Under the pieces are notes generated by a model that ran no database searches, was not told the DNA's origin, and worked only from the letters and a program-made list of their open reading frames with translations. Below are positions 31,563 through 32,000 of a stretch of 32,000 nt of DNA, piece by piece; position 1 is the first letter of the stretch; each line of letters begins with the position of its first letter. Origin of the DNA: an uncultured Balneolaceae bacterium (lineage in GTDB: Bacteria > Bacteroidota > Rhodothermia > Balneolales > Balneolaceae); contig CAZGSL010000001.1 of NCBI GenBank assembly GCA_964528445.1, positions 82,530 through 114,529 on the forward strand, given 5' to 3'. A program made the position numbers and the translations under genes.

Positions 31563-32000
31563 ATGGCTAGAGACGAGAAAAAGGGACCCGGGGCAGAAAA
31601 GAAGGAATCCACCGAAAAAAGTTCCGGGCAGCAGGAGGAGAAAGGTAAAATATTTAGCAGGTATGGAAAAATTTTCCTCATACTGGCGGTCATGCTCGGC
31701 CAGTCGGGGGGCGCCTACGCAATTATCAATACCTATTACGATCAGATCCACAGCTGGGTCAGGAGTATGCAGACCCGGGGCGGGGTCTACCACAACTTTG
31801 AAGACATCATTATAAACCCGGCGAATTCCGGGGGAGAACGCTACCTGATCCTCAGTGTGTCCGTAGAAATGCAGTCTGAGAGCGATCAGGCCAGGCTGGA
31901 GCAGAACCAGGTGCGCATTATCGACCAGATCAACCAGATCCTCTCCAAGCGTACGGCGGACGAACTGGTCAACCTTCAGACCCGCAAGGAGATCAAAAGG
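31563..32000 (+). CDS. fliL: Flagellar basal body-associated protein FliL, 5' portion (runs off the window)
   Basis: My own translation from ATG 31563 gives MARDEKKGPGAEKKESTEKSSGQQEEKGKIFSRYGKIFLILAVMLGQSGGAYAII...FEDIIINPANSGGERYLILSVSVEMQSE...IIDQINQILSKRTADEL. A single TM helix plus the xxNLA/RYLxxxxxLE core is typical of FliL. It is open to position 32000 and starts 2 nt after motB. Confidence 0.8.
   Translation, partial: MARDEKKGPGAEKKESTEKSSGQQEEKGKIFSRYGKIFLILAVMLGQSGGAYAIINTYYDQIHSWVRSMQTRGGVYHNFEDIIINPANSGGERYLILSVSVEMQSESDQARLEQNQVRIIDQINQILSKRTADELVNLQTRKEIKR

Noticed and set aside
1-32000. Search for CRISPR arrays, tRNA/rRNA genes, IS elements, integrases, toxin-antitoxin pairs or defence-island genes.
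   Set aside because: I could not recognise any by eye. No spaced direct-repeat arrays, no cloverleaf-like conserved tRNA boxes in the intergenic regions, and no transposase or recombinase motifs. All spacers above 100 bp are accounted for above.

Overview
GC-rich, densely coding bacterial chromosomal window. By eye I found no rRNA, tRNA, CRISPR array, transposase or integrase.

The left ~17 kb holds housekeeping and envelope genes:
- the 3' end of a 2-oxoacid dehydrogenase E2 gene, then panC-panD;
- a three-gene efflux operon (HlyD-type adaptor, MacB/FtsX-type permease, TolC) with no ATPase gene;
- a TAT-signal Gfo/Idh/MocA oxidoreductase and an M20 dipeptidase;
- batC-batD-batE homologues without batA/batB;
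- yebC, bshA, sucC and a soluble PAS histidine kinase.

The right ~14.5 kb is the start of one tightly packed flagellar operon: flgB-flgC-orf75-fliE-fliF-fliG-fliH-fliI-fliJ-ylxF/flbB-like-fliK-flgD-orf128-flgE-motA-motB-fliL. It runs off the window. A 380-bp non-coding region precedes it and carries an exact-spacing sigma-54 (RpoN) promoter match.

Bat proteins, BshA, a TAT Gfo/Idh/MocA enzyme and an FtsX/HlyD/TolC cluster suggest an FCB-group host (Rhodothermota/Balneolota-like). That is inference only.

I did not find a convincing, entirely new multi-gene system. The best leads are:
- the sigma-54 promoter, with a divergent orphan PAS kinase, in front of a Firmicute/spirochaete-style flagellar operon;
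- an unrecognised 75-aa ORF between flgC and fliE;
- a 768-aa FliK that is mostly low-complexity;
- a strong hairpin after flgE, where flbD sits in other lineages;
- a 24-bp perfect inverted repeat after tolC;
- an ATPase-less MacB-type efflux operon whose adaptor has a Met-rich tail.

Many long ORFs in the six-frame track are antisense shadows typical of GC-rich DNA and were rejected.
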